From: Promethearchaeota archaeon
Lineage (GTDB): Archaea; Asgardarchaeota; Lokiarchaeia; Sigyniarchaeales; SOKP01
Direction of reading: 5' to 3'
DNA length: 64,000 nt
NCBI GenBank assembly: GCA_048941625.1
Contig: JBHLNK010000006.1
Coordinates: forward strand, 1,652 to 65,651
Position 1 is the first letter of the stretch. Each line of letters opens with the position of its first letter. The notes below the pieces were generated by a model. That model searched no databases and was not told the origin of the DNA. It saw only the letters and a program-made list of their open reading frames with translations. A program made the position numbers and the translations under genes. Positions 47,639-56,130 of the stretch are shown here, in pieces.

Positions 47639-49027
47639 CTAGAGTTTTGATATAATTTCTTCTAATTCAAAAATCATTTTTTGAGCTTCTTCCTTATTTT
47701 CTGATTCTGAAGATAATAAAATAGCATTCCTATAAAGTGCTACTTTAATTACAGTATAGGTACCATCACCAATTATCTTCAATTCATTAATGATATCATG
47801 ATATTTGTATCCATTATCATCTGCCATTTCTCTCAACCGATTATGGATATTATTAATTATATTCGGTGAAACTGGAATAGTTTTGTTAATTTTTATTCCT
47901 TTTGGAAATCCTCTTGTTAAAGAACTTAGTAAATCATTTTGAAGCGTCATAATATCGAGAATCTTAAGAAGAATGAAATTTCCATCCGAAAATGGAGCAT
48001 ACTCTGAGAAATAGAATTTCAATGTATCTGCGGCAGCAAAACAAGCACGTTCCTCTCTTATTTGTCTTGAGATTTCCCCTGGATAATTCTCTACTTCCTT
48101 TATAGGATATCCTCCATCTTCAACAAATTTTTTAATAACTGGAGAGATTGATGGTGTTGTAATGATTGTATTACCTTTAGATTTTTGAATTCTTTTATCG
48201 AAAGTTACAAAAAGCATTAATAAATCTTCATAACTTATTTCTAAGCCGTTTTCATCAATTATCAAAATTCTTGAACCATCAACATCAAAACATACACCTA
48301 AATGACTATTGGATGCCTTAACAATATCTGCTGTATTTCGTATAGTATTAATACTCGGAACTGGACTTGAAGATCTTTCACGATAGTGAGTATTTAAAGC
48401 AATAACTTCAACGCCAATATCATTAATCAAAAGGGGAGTAATTCTTCCTGCAGGACCATAAGAACAGTCAACAACTAACTTTAAATTAGCTTTTTTAATC
48501 CTTTTTTTGTCAACAAATTGTTGAAGTGATTTAATATAGATGTCTGCAGTTTGCGGAATTGCTGTTATTTGTCCTATTTCATTTGGATCGACTCTTCTTA
48601 CTTGTTCAGGATAATTATTATAAGATTCAATTATTTTTTGAAGTTCTGACTGACTTAATTCAACTCCTCCGGCATCTAAAAAACGTATTCCTACATCTTC
48701 ACTAAATAAATGTCCTCCAGAAAAGTAAAATCCCCCACTAGCTCCAAATCTTCGAATTGTAAATTGAAGTAATGGAAAAGTGCTATCTGAGAGGTTTAAA
48801 AGATTAACACCTGTTGACATCACTCCTGACGCGTAAGCACGTTTTAACATCCGACTGTCGTTGTGGTAATCTCTTGCCATTACGATAGATTCTCCAGACT
48901 TAAATAAACTACCATGAATTGATCCTATTGAGCTTGAAATTTCTGGAGTAAACACGTAATTTGCTTTACCTATTATTCTACCATCTTTTTTCAACTCAGC
49001 AAGATTTTTGATTGGATTATGTATCAT
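47639..49027 (-). CDS. Phosphohexomutase (PGM/PMM)-superfamily homologue with degenerate catalytic motifs
   Basis: Four-domain colinearity with phosphoglucomutase/phosphomannomutase, but the motifs are altered. The phosphoserine loop reads SGGHLFSEDVGIRF (TASHNP expected) and the metal loop reads FDVDGSR (DGDGDR expected). No GEESG or RPSGTEP equivalents are seen. Confidence 0.65.
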   Translation of the reverse strand: MIHNPIKNLAELKKDGRIIGKANYVFTPEISSSIGSIHGSLFKSGESIVMARDYHNDSRMLKRAYASGVMSTGVNLLNLSDSTFPLLQFTIRRFGASGGFYFSGGHLFSEDVGIRFLDAGGVELSQSELQKIIESYNNYPEQVRRVDPNEIGQITAIPQTADIYIKSLQQFVDKKRIKKANLKLVVDCSYGPAGRITPLLINDIGVEVIALNTHYRERSSSPVPSINTIRNTADIVKASNSHLGVCFDVDGSRILIIDENGLEISYEDLLMLFVTFDKRIQKSKGNTIITTPSISPVIKKFVEDGGYPIKEVENYPGEISRQIREERACFAAADTLKFYFSEYAPFSDGNFILLKILDIMTLQNDLLSSLTRGFPKGIKINKTIPVSPNIINNIHNRLREMADDNGYKYHDIINELKIIGDGTYTVIKVALYRNAILLSSESENKEEAQKMIFELEEIISKL

Positions 49028-49216
49028 GAAAAATTACTTTTCCAAAATCTCATTAATAATTCTATTGGAAATTATATATGATAAAAAGCTAAATAAGAAT
49101 ATATAACTTTAACGATTTTTGAATATTACACGGTTCTCTTTATTATTTAAGAAAAGTTAAATTATATACTAAATATTATTTTAGAATAATAAATTTCAAA
49201 AGAGTATGTAAAAGTT

Positions 49217-50932
49217 ATGAAGGAAATCTTGGGTTCATTCTCACTTGTACTCCATAGTCATCTTCCTTGGGTATTAGGACATGGTGTTTGGCCTCATGGT
49301 ATGGATTGGGTTAATGAAGCAGCAGCTGAAACTTATATTCCTCTTCTAATAGAACTATATAAGCTTATTGATGATGATTATCATCCAAAACTAACTATTG
49401 GTCTTACACCAGTGCTTTGTGAGATGCTTCGTAATCCAAAATTTGTAGAAGGATTTTCAGGATATTTAGAAGAAAAGACTAATGCTGCTCTATTCGATTA
49501 TGAAGATTTTACAAAAAATAAGTATGAAGAAGGGAGAATTAGATTAACAAAATGGTGGCAAGAGTTTTATGACCGTGTACGTGATAATTTTTTCAATAGA
49601 TATAATAAAGACATTGTAGGAGCTTTCAAAAATCTACAGGATATGGGACTTATAGATATTATTACCTGTGGGGCTACTCATGGATATGCACCACTCCTTT
49701 CAAAAGATTCTTCTATTGATGCTCAATTTAAGACTGCTGTTGATAACTATAAACGTCATTTTGGCCGTACACCTACAGGTGTATGGTTACCTGAATGTGC
49801 TTATAGGCCAGGATATCGATGGAAAAATCCAATAACAAATGAAGAGTATGTTCGACCGGGGATAGAATATTTTCTTGCGAAAAATGGTTTAAAATACTTT
49901 TTCATTGATACTACTTTACTTTTAGGAGGAAAATCTCAGGGAGTTTATGCTGCTCGATTCCCCCTTCTCGCAGAATTATGGAAGCAATTTGAATCACAAT
50001 ATAAAGAAATCCCAACTTCTTTTGAAAAATCGCAATATGAAGCATATTTAGTTTCTACTGATCCCAAGACTCCCGGGCCAGTCGGATTTTTTACTAGAGA
50101 TGAAAAAACTGGAATTGTCGTATGGAGTGGTGAACATGGTTATCCAGGGTGTGCAGAATATCTTGATTTCCATAAGAAACACTATCCTGGTGGCCTACGT
50201 TATTGGAAAGTTACAGAAGCTAAATTAGATTTAGGAAAAAAAATGTTATATTGGCCAGATGATGTACCTGGTAAACTAGATGAAAATGCAGGACATTATC
50301 TAAATCTTATTAAAGATATTTTGCGAGATTTTAAAAGTAAATTCAATAGGAATGGAATCATAGTTGCCCCATATGATGCTGAATTATTTGGACACTGGTG
50401 GTTTGAAGGTAATTGGTGGCTAGCTAGAGTGCTAAGATGGGTAGAGGATGATCCAGAAGTAGAATTGACGAACACTAGGCTATATCTTGAAGCTAATCCT
50501 CCAAATAAAGTAGTTTCCGTAATTGAAGGCTCTTGGGGCCAAGCTTCATCTCATTGGGTATGGTTAAATGAGTGGACAACATGGACGTGGGAGAGAATAT
50601 ACGAATGTGAAGCAAAAAGTGAAGAAATTATAGCAAAATATAAAAATTCTCGTGATCCTAATTTAATTAAAATCCTAAATCAGATGGCGCGAGAACTCCT
50701 ACTTTTAGAAAGTAGCGATTGGCAATTTTTAATAACTACTTGGTCTGCTCGAGATTATGCAGAAAATAGAGTTGCTCTACATTATGAAAATTTTAATAAG
50801 CTTTATTCTATGGCTTCAAGATATGGTTCTGGTCAAAATGTTGAAGAAGGAGAGTGGCGCTTTTTAGGAACAATTGAATCTGTAGATGATATATTTGAAG
50901 CAATAGACCTTGAACCCTTTGCTAAAAAGTAA
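49217..50932 (+). CDS. GH57-family glycoside hydrolase, 1,4-alpha-glucan branching enzyme-like
   Basis: N-terminus FSLVLHSHLPWV, CGATHGYAPLL, WLPECAY, and APYDAELFGHWWFEG, typical of GH57 branching enzymes. Confidence 0.85.
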   Translation: MKEILGSFSLVLHSHLPWVLGHGVWPHGMDWVNEAAAETYIPLLIELYKLIDDDYHPKLTIGLTPVLCEMLRNPKFVEGFSGYLEEKTNAALFDYEDFTKNKYEEGRIRLTKWWQEFYDRVRDNFFNRYNKDIVGAFKNLQDMGLIDIITCGATHGYAPLLSKDSSIDAQFKTAVDNYKRHFGRTPTGVWLPECAYRPGYRWKNPITNEEYVRPGIEYFLAKNGLKYFFIDTTLLLGGKSQGVYAARFPLLAELWKQFESQYKEIPTSFEKSQYEAYLVSTDPKTPGPVGFFTRDEKTGIVVWSGEHGYPGCAEYLDFHKKHYPGGLRYWKVTEAKLDLGKKMLYWPDDVPGKLDENAGHYLNLIKDILRDFKSKFNRNGIIVAPYDAELFGHWWFEGNWWLARVLRWVEDDPEVELTNTRLYLEANPPNKVVSVIEGSWGQASSHWVWLNEWTTWTWERIYECEAKSEEIIAKYKNSRDPNLIKILNQMARELLLLESSDWQFLITTWSARDYAENRVALHYENFNKLYSMASRYGSGQNVEEGEWRFLGTIESVDDIFEAIDLEPFAKK

Positions 50933-51022
50933 ATGTTCTTTTAATTTTGAGAAATATCTTTTAATTTAAGGGTTTTAATATTATTTTACTATTTCTAGTT
51001 TTGTAATAAATATGTGTAATAA

Positions 51023-51421
51023 TTCTCGAAAAGTGTTACTAGCATCGCTGATCAAACAAATTTACTAGCTTTAAATGCCAGTATTGAAGCGGGACGTGCT
51101 GGAGAACATGGACGTGGGTTTGCTGTAGTGGCAGATGAAGTGAGAAAGTTAGCAGAAGAATCAAAATCATCTGTTCTTGAAACAAGCAAAGATATCATTG
51201 ATGTAGTTAATAAAATAAGTTCGACATTCAGTTCGATGGAAAGCATTAGTGCATCCGCAGAACAACAAACAGCTTCCATGGAAGATATTTCTGCAACAGC
51301 TAATAAACTTGGTACTTTATAAGAAGATTTAAAAAATAAACTCACTAAAATTGATATAGAGAACACTAAAAAAAAGGAAAAGACGAGAAAAAGCAAAATA
51401 TTAAGTAAATTGAAATCTTAG
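51023..51421 (+). pseudogene. Methyl-accepting chemotaxis protein remnant: 5'-truncated signalling domain with an in-frame TAA
   Basis: Hand translation from 51041 gives [41 protein letters not shown]...[21 protein letters not shown], the most conserved MCP hairpin tip. The frame is closed by TAA at 51020-51022 with no sensor, HAMP or N-arm upstream. After the TAA at 51320-51322 the same frame continues (EDLKNKLTKIDIEN...) to TAG at 51419-51421. Confidence 0.8.
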
Positions 51422-51463
51422 TTTACTTTTTTTTAAATTTATTTTTTTAAAAATATGGTTTGA

Positions 51464-52612
51464 TTAAATATTTTGTCCTAATTCTAAGGTTTTATCCCTT
51501 AGTTGGGAATTATCACAGATTTTACAATTTGGTGCGATTGTTGCTTTTTCTAAGATAACATTATCTCCAATTTCACAGTTATTGCAGATAATACTCTCTT
51601 TTATTATACAACCAGAACCTATTTTAATTTCATCCCAAATAACACTTTTCTCAATTACAGTATCCTCTCCGATACTCACATTACTTCCTATCGTAGTTAA
51701 TTCTTTAATTTTAACTCGATTTGCTAGTTTTACATACTCACCGAAGCATGTTGGCTTTTCAATAGTGATATTTTGCCCCGAGTTTATTATGCCCATTACA
51801 TAAACTCCATCATATTCAACCCCATTAGGCAAAATCGGCCATGCATACTTTCGCAACAAATCCCAATTTGCCCACAAATAAGTAGTAGCATTTCCCGCAT
51901 CCATCCAATAATAATTTTCGACAAATCCATATAAATCATATTTGTTTTCTAAGAGATATGGAAAGACTTCGCCTCCAAAATCCATTAATCCTGTTTCATG
52001 TAAAATATCCCCAATTTCATTTCTAAAACAGTATATACCTGTATTTGCCACATTAGTATGAAGGAAGAGATCTTCCTTTTGAGACATACTACTTAAATAT
52101 AATTCCATTGGTGCTGGTTTTTCTAAGAAAAGATAAATTTTTCTTTTTTTATCTAATAAAACAACACCATACTGAGAAATATGACTTTCTACAGTTTTCA
52201 TAGATATTGTAGCTAAACCTCCTTTTTCAGAATGAAATTCCATAAAACGCTTCATAGGTAGATTGGTAACTATGTCAGCCATTGAAACAACAATTTTATC
52301 TGAGTCTATGTTATCCGTTAATAATCTATACGCGTCTGCCGTACCCTTACTGTCTTGAATTTCACATTCTAATTCTACATCTCCCAACTTATCCGCAGTC
52401 CAAGTTTTATTAATGTAATCTTTCATTTCCTTACCCATATATGCTAAAGCGAGTATTATATGCTTAATATCAGCATATATTAAGTGTGCTATAGCATAAT
52501 CGACCATTGGAACATTTGTGACTTTCACAAGTGGTTTTGGAAATAATGAAGTCAAAGGCATCAAGCGTTTACCTATTCCACCAGCTAAGATTATCGCAGA
52601 CCAATCTCTCAC
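51464..52612 (-). CDS. Sugar-1-phosphate nucleotidyltransferase (NDP-sugar pyrophosphorylase) with a C-terminal left-handed beta-helix
   Basis: ILAGGIGKRLMPLTSLFPKPLV signature. C-terminal hexapeptide repeats (IGSNVSIGEDTVIEKSVIWDEIKIGSGCIIKESII...). Confidence 0.85.
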   Translation of the reverse strand: MRDWSAIILAGGIGKRLMPLTSLFPKPLVKVTNVPMVDYAIAHLIYADIKHIILALAYMGKEMKDYINKTWTADKLGDVELECEIQDSKGTADAYRLLTDNIDSDKIVVSMADIVTNLPMKRFMEFHSEKGGLATISMKTVESHISQYGVVLLDKKRKIYLFLEKPAPMELYLSSMSQKEDLFLHTNVANTGIYCFRNEIGDILHETGLMDFGGEVFPYLLENKYDLYGFVENYYWMDAGNATTYLWANWDLLRKYAWPILPNGVEYDGVYVMGIINSGQNITIEKPTCFGEYVKLANRVKIKELTTIGSNVSIGEDTVIEKSVIWDEIKIGSGCIIKESIICNNCEIGDNVILEKATIAPNCKICDNSQLRDKTLELGQNI

Positions 52613-52714
52613 TATTTTATCCTCAAGGAAATTATCAAATATATAACGATTTTAGTAGATATAAATCTAATTTAATTTGAATTATAAAGGTTATGTCTTT
52701 AGAACCTATAATAT

Positions 52715-53944
52715 CTATTCAATATATTTTTCTAAGGCAGATCTTATTTCTTTTGCTGCGATGTGGGGTAATTTCCTAGCTACGCGCATATCATCAGCCA
52801 TTTCAGCACCTCCTATTATTTCATGAGGAATAATATCAGCAAACATATGAAAATCTGCATCATAGCCATAAGGGCAACAATTAAATAATATATTGCGATT
52901 TATATCAATTTTTAAATCGTCTAAACTCTGAAAAATCATTTTTAAACATTTTGCTAAATCTTCGATCTGATTAATTTTTAACTGAGAAAATCTCCTTAAA
53001 TGTTCGTTTGGATGAAATCGTATATGGTAATTTCTTACTGGACTACCAGTATTATAGAAAGTCCAGAAATCTGTTTCTAATATTATTCTATCTGTTCCTC
53101 CATGAGTAGTTTGACATAAGTGACAATTATTCCCCATTTCTTTGAATGCTTCGAGATATCCTTCTAATCTACTCCCATGACCATCCATATTTAAATCAAT
53201 ATAAACCTGACTATGAATTCTGGGTTGGGAACCCCCTACTTTAGTTCCTATATTAAAAAATGGCATAACAGGGATATCATAATAGTCCTTGTTTATAGCC
53301 TCTTCAATACAGTAAAGAATAGCTGCTTTCATAGAAAGAAAAATTCCCGATAATACATTCTCTGGAATCAAATTAAAACACAAAGAAGGATAAAAATCTC
53401 GGGAAATAGTTACTAAATTAATTCCTTTTGATAATTTCAAATGAGGAGGTAAATTCTCTGAAATATCTTTTTCTATATCTGGATCAATAACTCTCGCCAT
53501 TGATGGATATTTATTTATTAAAGTTATTGCTTTGGTTATGTTAGGTAACCTATCAATCCGATGTGGTGTCTCTGAAAAAGGATTATCAAGCCTATTTTCA
53601 TCCTGCGTAATAATTATAGTAAATCCATTTCCTAAAGGCATTCCCCAATCATCACAGACTATTTTTCCTTCAATTACAGATGAAAACACATCCTTAAACT
53701 TTCCAACTATTTTCTTTGAACAATCATATAATTGCTTTTCATCTTCTATTGCTTTAAATCCTGAAGGTCTTTCTCCTCTGATGGGACTAATATAAGAATA
53801 ATGTCCGTAATACCTTTTCTTTTTTGTTAAACCAAAACCTTCAGTATGAATACTAACTGTTGATAAAGGATCCCATCTCTTAATTGGAACATCATAAGTG
53901 GTTTTAGTTTCAAAATTTTCTTTATTAATAATTCCCCACTCCAT
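52715..53944 (-). CDS. GalT/HIT-superfamily nucleotidyltransferase-like protein (tentative)
   Basis: RGERP near the N-terminus, GGSQPRIHSQVY resembling the GalT HxHxQ-type active-site strand, and CHLCQ as a possible zinc site. Sugar-nucleotide gene context. Confidence 0.4.
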   Translation of the reverse strand: MEWGIINKENFETKTTYDVPIKRWDPLSTVSIHTEGFGLTKKKRYYGHYSYISPIRGERPSGFKAIEDEKQLYDCSKKIVGKFKDVFSSVIEGKIVCDDWGMPLGNGFTIIITQDENRLDNPFSETPHRIDRLPNITKAITLINKYPSMARVIDPDIEKDISENLPPHLKLSKGINLVTISRDFYPSLCFNLIPENVLSGIFLSMKAAILYCIEEAINKDYYDIPVMPFFNIGTKVGGSQPRIHSQVYIDLNMDGHGSRLEGYLEAFKEMGNNCHLCQTTHGGTDRIILETDFWTFYNTGSPVRNYHIRFHPNEHLRRFSQLKINQIEDLAKCLKMIFQSLDDLKIDINRNILFNCCPYGYDADFHMFADIIPHEIIGGAEMADDMRVARKLPHIAAKEIRSALEKYIE

Positions 53945-54166
53945 AAATTGAGGTTCATAATGATCTTGGATTTTCCTATTATCAGAAATAAAAATTACCT
54001 CTTCTGTTTTTTAGCTTGGATTCTTTAAATATTGTTTTAATTATATTTATGTTTTACTCAACTAGGGAGATATCAGAATGTTAGATTTTGTAAAAATAAA
54101 AAAAAAAGGAAAAAATGTATTCTAACCAAAAATATTAGGCTTATATAGCTTTGAATATGATTTTGT

Positions 54167-54457
54167 CTAATGTTCTAGCCGTCTAATTATTTTGTATGTC
54201 TTAAACTCGCGTACTGGCTCATCCTTTTCATTTAGACGTTCAATTGGGACTCTAACAAAATTTTCATCGTCAAGATCCTCAATCTTAGACTCATTATATC
54301 TAGCCATACTATCAGCCATTTTTAATTCTCTTAAAAGAAAATCTCTAACGGCTACTCTAATTAGTTCTGATCTAGATGGATATAGCCCATTTTCCCCCAC
54401 TAACTTTTCTATACTATCCAGATATGTTTCAGGAATATTTACAGTAACAATTTTCAT
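54167..54457 (-). CDS. Ribbon-helix-helix (CopG/MetJ-like) DNA-binding protein
   Basis: MKIVTVNIPETYLDSIEKLVGENGLYPSRSELIRVAVRDFLLRE is a canonical RHH beta-alpha-alpha. GGTGGG Shine-Dalgarno-like motif upstream. Confidence 0.75.
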   Translation of the reverse strand: MKIVTVNIPETYLDSIEKLVGENGLYPSRSELIRVAVRDFLLRELKMADSMARYNESKIEDLDDENFVRVPIERLNEKDEPVREFKTYKIIRRLEH

Positions 54458-54480
54458 TTAACCCACCATTATCTTACATA

Positions 54481-54509
54481 GATACACCATATTGTAAAAT
54501 CGGTGTATC
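54481..54509. promoter_or_regulatory. Perfect 8-bp inverted repeat GATACACC-n13-GGTGTATC in the RHH gene promoter region (candidate operator)
   Basis: Arms at 54481-54488 and 54502-54509, 24-52 nt upstream of the RHH start codon (54455-54457, minus strand). Confidence 0.45.
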
Positions 54510-54839
54510 ACCAATAAGTTTTATTAAAATCTAACGCCTTAATCCACAAATTTTTTTATAAGTTATTTTATTACACATTAATATATAAGTATTTTCATTT
54601 AACCCATTAACATATTCTAAGAACGACTGATTTGTCATCTCTTAACTGTTCCAAATAGTATATTAATGCATTAATTTTTAAAATGTTTCTATACTCCTCA
54701 AATTTAAAAGCGGTTTTGGATTTCATTTTCATATATAAATGTGGTTAAAAATATTTTATATTGCTTCAAATTGAAAATAAAAAAAAGAAGAATATTGAAT
54801 TAAAAAAATAAACAAAATTCATTTATTAAAATAATCATT

Positions 54840-54863
54840 AAAAAAACCTTAATTTGATTAAGG
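54840..54863 (-). terminator. Hairpin plus T7 tract downstream of the 2-hydroxyacid dehydrogenase gene
   Basis: CCTTAAT-ttg-ATTAAGG (54847-54863). On the minus strand it is followed by seven T (54840-54846). About 80 nt after the stop at 54943. Confidence 0.35.
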
Positions 54864-54942
54864 AATTATTTGAACAAATTTATATTCCAATACGGTTTTA
54901 AGTAATTTCTTCTTATGTGTTAAAAATAACACTATTATATTT

Positions 54943-55971
54943 TTAATATTCCTCCTTCAAATTTACAACATTAATAAGATCTTGGCGCCTTTCAGCTATT
55001 CTAGTAATGTTTTCAATTACTTCATTCCATCTTAACAAATCAGCAAATGGGGAATAACCTCTGTGAGGAGAAAGTACAATATTTTTTAATTTATAAAAAG
55101 GAAAATTAAATGGGTACTTTTTACCATTTTCACTACTTTTAGGAGAGTAATTATACCATACATCAATTGCGGCACCTTGTATTATCTTCTTTTGTAATGC
55201 ATTAAATAGACTTTCTTCATCAATTATTTCACCTCTACTTACATTTATGACTAATCCGTTTGATCCTAATAAGTTCAACTCTTTTTCGGTAATTAAACCA
55301 TTTGTTTGTGAGGTAACTGGGACTGCAATTATTAGAATGTCAATATTTTTGAGAAACTGGTTGAGTTGAGATAATTCATACTTTTTAGCAGGTGTAGGTA
55401 AAGGTAATTTTTGTTTTTCCCAATGATTCCTTAAAATAGAAAATTCAACGTCAAAACCACTTAAAAATCTGTGAACTTTTTGATTAATAGCGCCATACCC
55501 TAGTAAACCAACATTTCTGAATCTTAATGGAATGGAAGCATCATTATCATCACCGGTTCTCCATCGACCTTGTTGCATCCATAGATGATGAGGGATAATT
55601 TTATTCATCAAAGTTAGTAATAAAGCAACTGTATGTTGAGCAACGAAATAAGAATTTCCATGGCCATTGATCAAAATGACCTCTCTAATTTCATTTAATT
55701 CTCGAAAAAGAGTTAAAAGATGATGGACTCCAGCTCCAGGGTTTATAAAGTACTTTAACTTTGTTGCTCTCGTTAAAATTCTTTTTGAAGGACGCCATCC
55801 GATCAAAAGATCTGCTAACGGAACAATATTTAATAGTTCTTCATCAGTAATTCCTTTTCGAAAGATAATCTTAATATTCTTTAATTTTTTCAAATTTTGT
55901 TCTAAATATTTTCTAACCGGCTCTGGAATCGTAGAAATAAAGCATATTGTAATATTATTAGAAGTATTCAT
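54943..55971 (-). CDS. D-isomer-specific 2-hydroxyacid dehydrogenase (NAD-binding; PGDH/glyoxylate reductase-like)
   Basis: Rossmann motif VGLLGYGAINQKV, INVSRGEIIDE, and catalytic His region LSPHRGY. Confidence 0.85.
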   Translation of the reverse strand: MNTSNNITICFISTIPEPVRKYLEQNLKKLKNIKIIFRKGITDEELLNIVPLADLLIGWRPSKRILTRATKLKYFINPGAGVHHLLTLFRELNEIREVILINGHGNSYFVAQHTVALLLTLMNKIIPHHLWMQQGRWRTGDDNDASIPLRFRNVGLLGYGAINQKVHRFLSGFDVEFSILRNHWEKQKLPLPTPAKKYELSQLNQFLKNIDILIIAVPVTSQTNGLITEKELNLLGSNGLVINVSRGEIIDEESLFNALQKKIIQGAAIDVWYNYSPKSSENGKKYPFNFPFYKLKNIVLSPHRGYSPFADLLRWNEVIENITRIAERRQDLINVVNLKEEY

Positions 55972-56130
55972 AATTATTTGATAATATTATTAATTTTCAA
56001 ACCATAGATACGTTTCTTGCTTTATTTTTTTATATTAACCGTAATTCAAATAAATTTTTATTTACATACCGTTGTTATAAATATAAATATCTTTTATTCA
56101 AAATTATCAATAGAAAAAAAGGGAAAGTAA

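Noticed and set aside
51052-51396. 114-aa minus-strand ORF.
   Set aside because: It is the antisense shadow of the MCP signalling-domain remnant, whose plus-strand translation matches the most conserved MCP motif almost residue for residue.
54458-54942. A 485-bp AT-rich intergenic region, considered as a replication origin or ncRNA locus.
   Set aside because: No repeated origin-recognition-box-like elements, no adjacent orc1/cdc6 gene, and no structured G+C-rich segment. Only the short operator-like palindrome and a terminator hairpin are evident.
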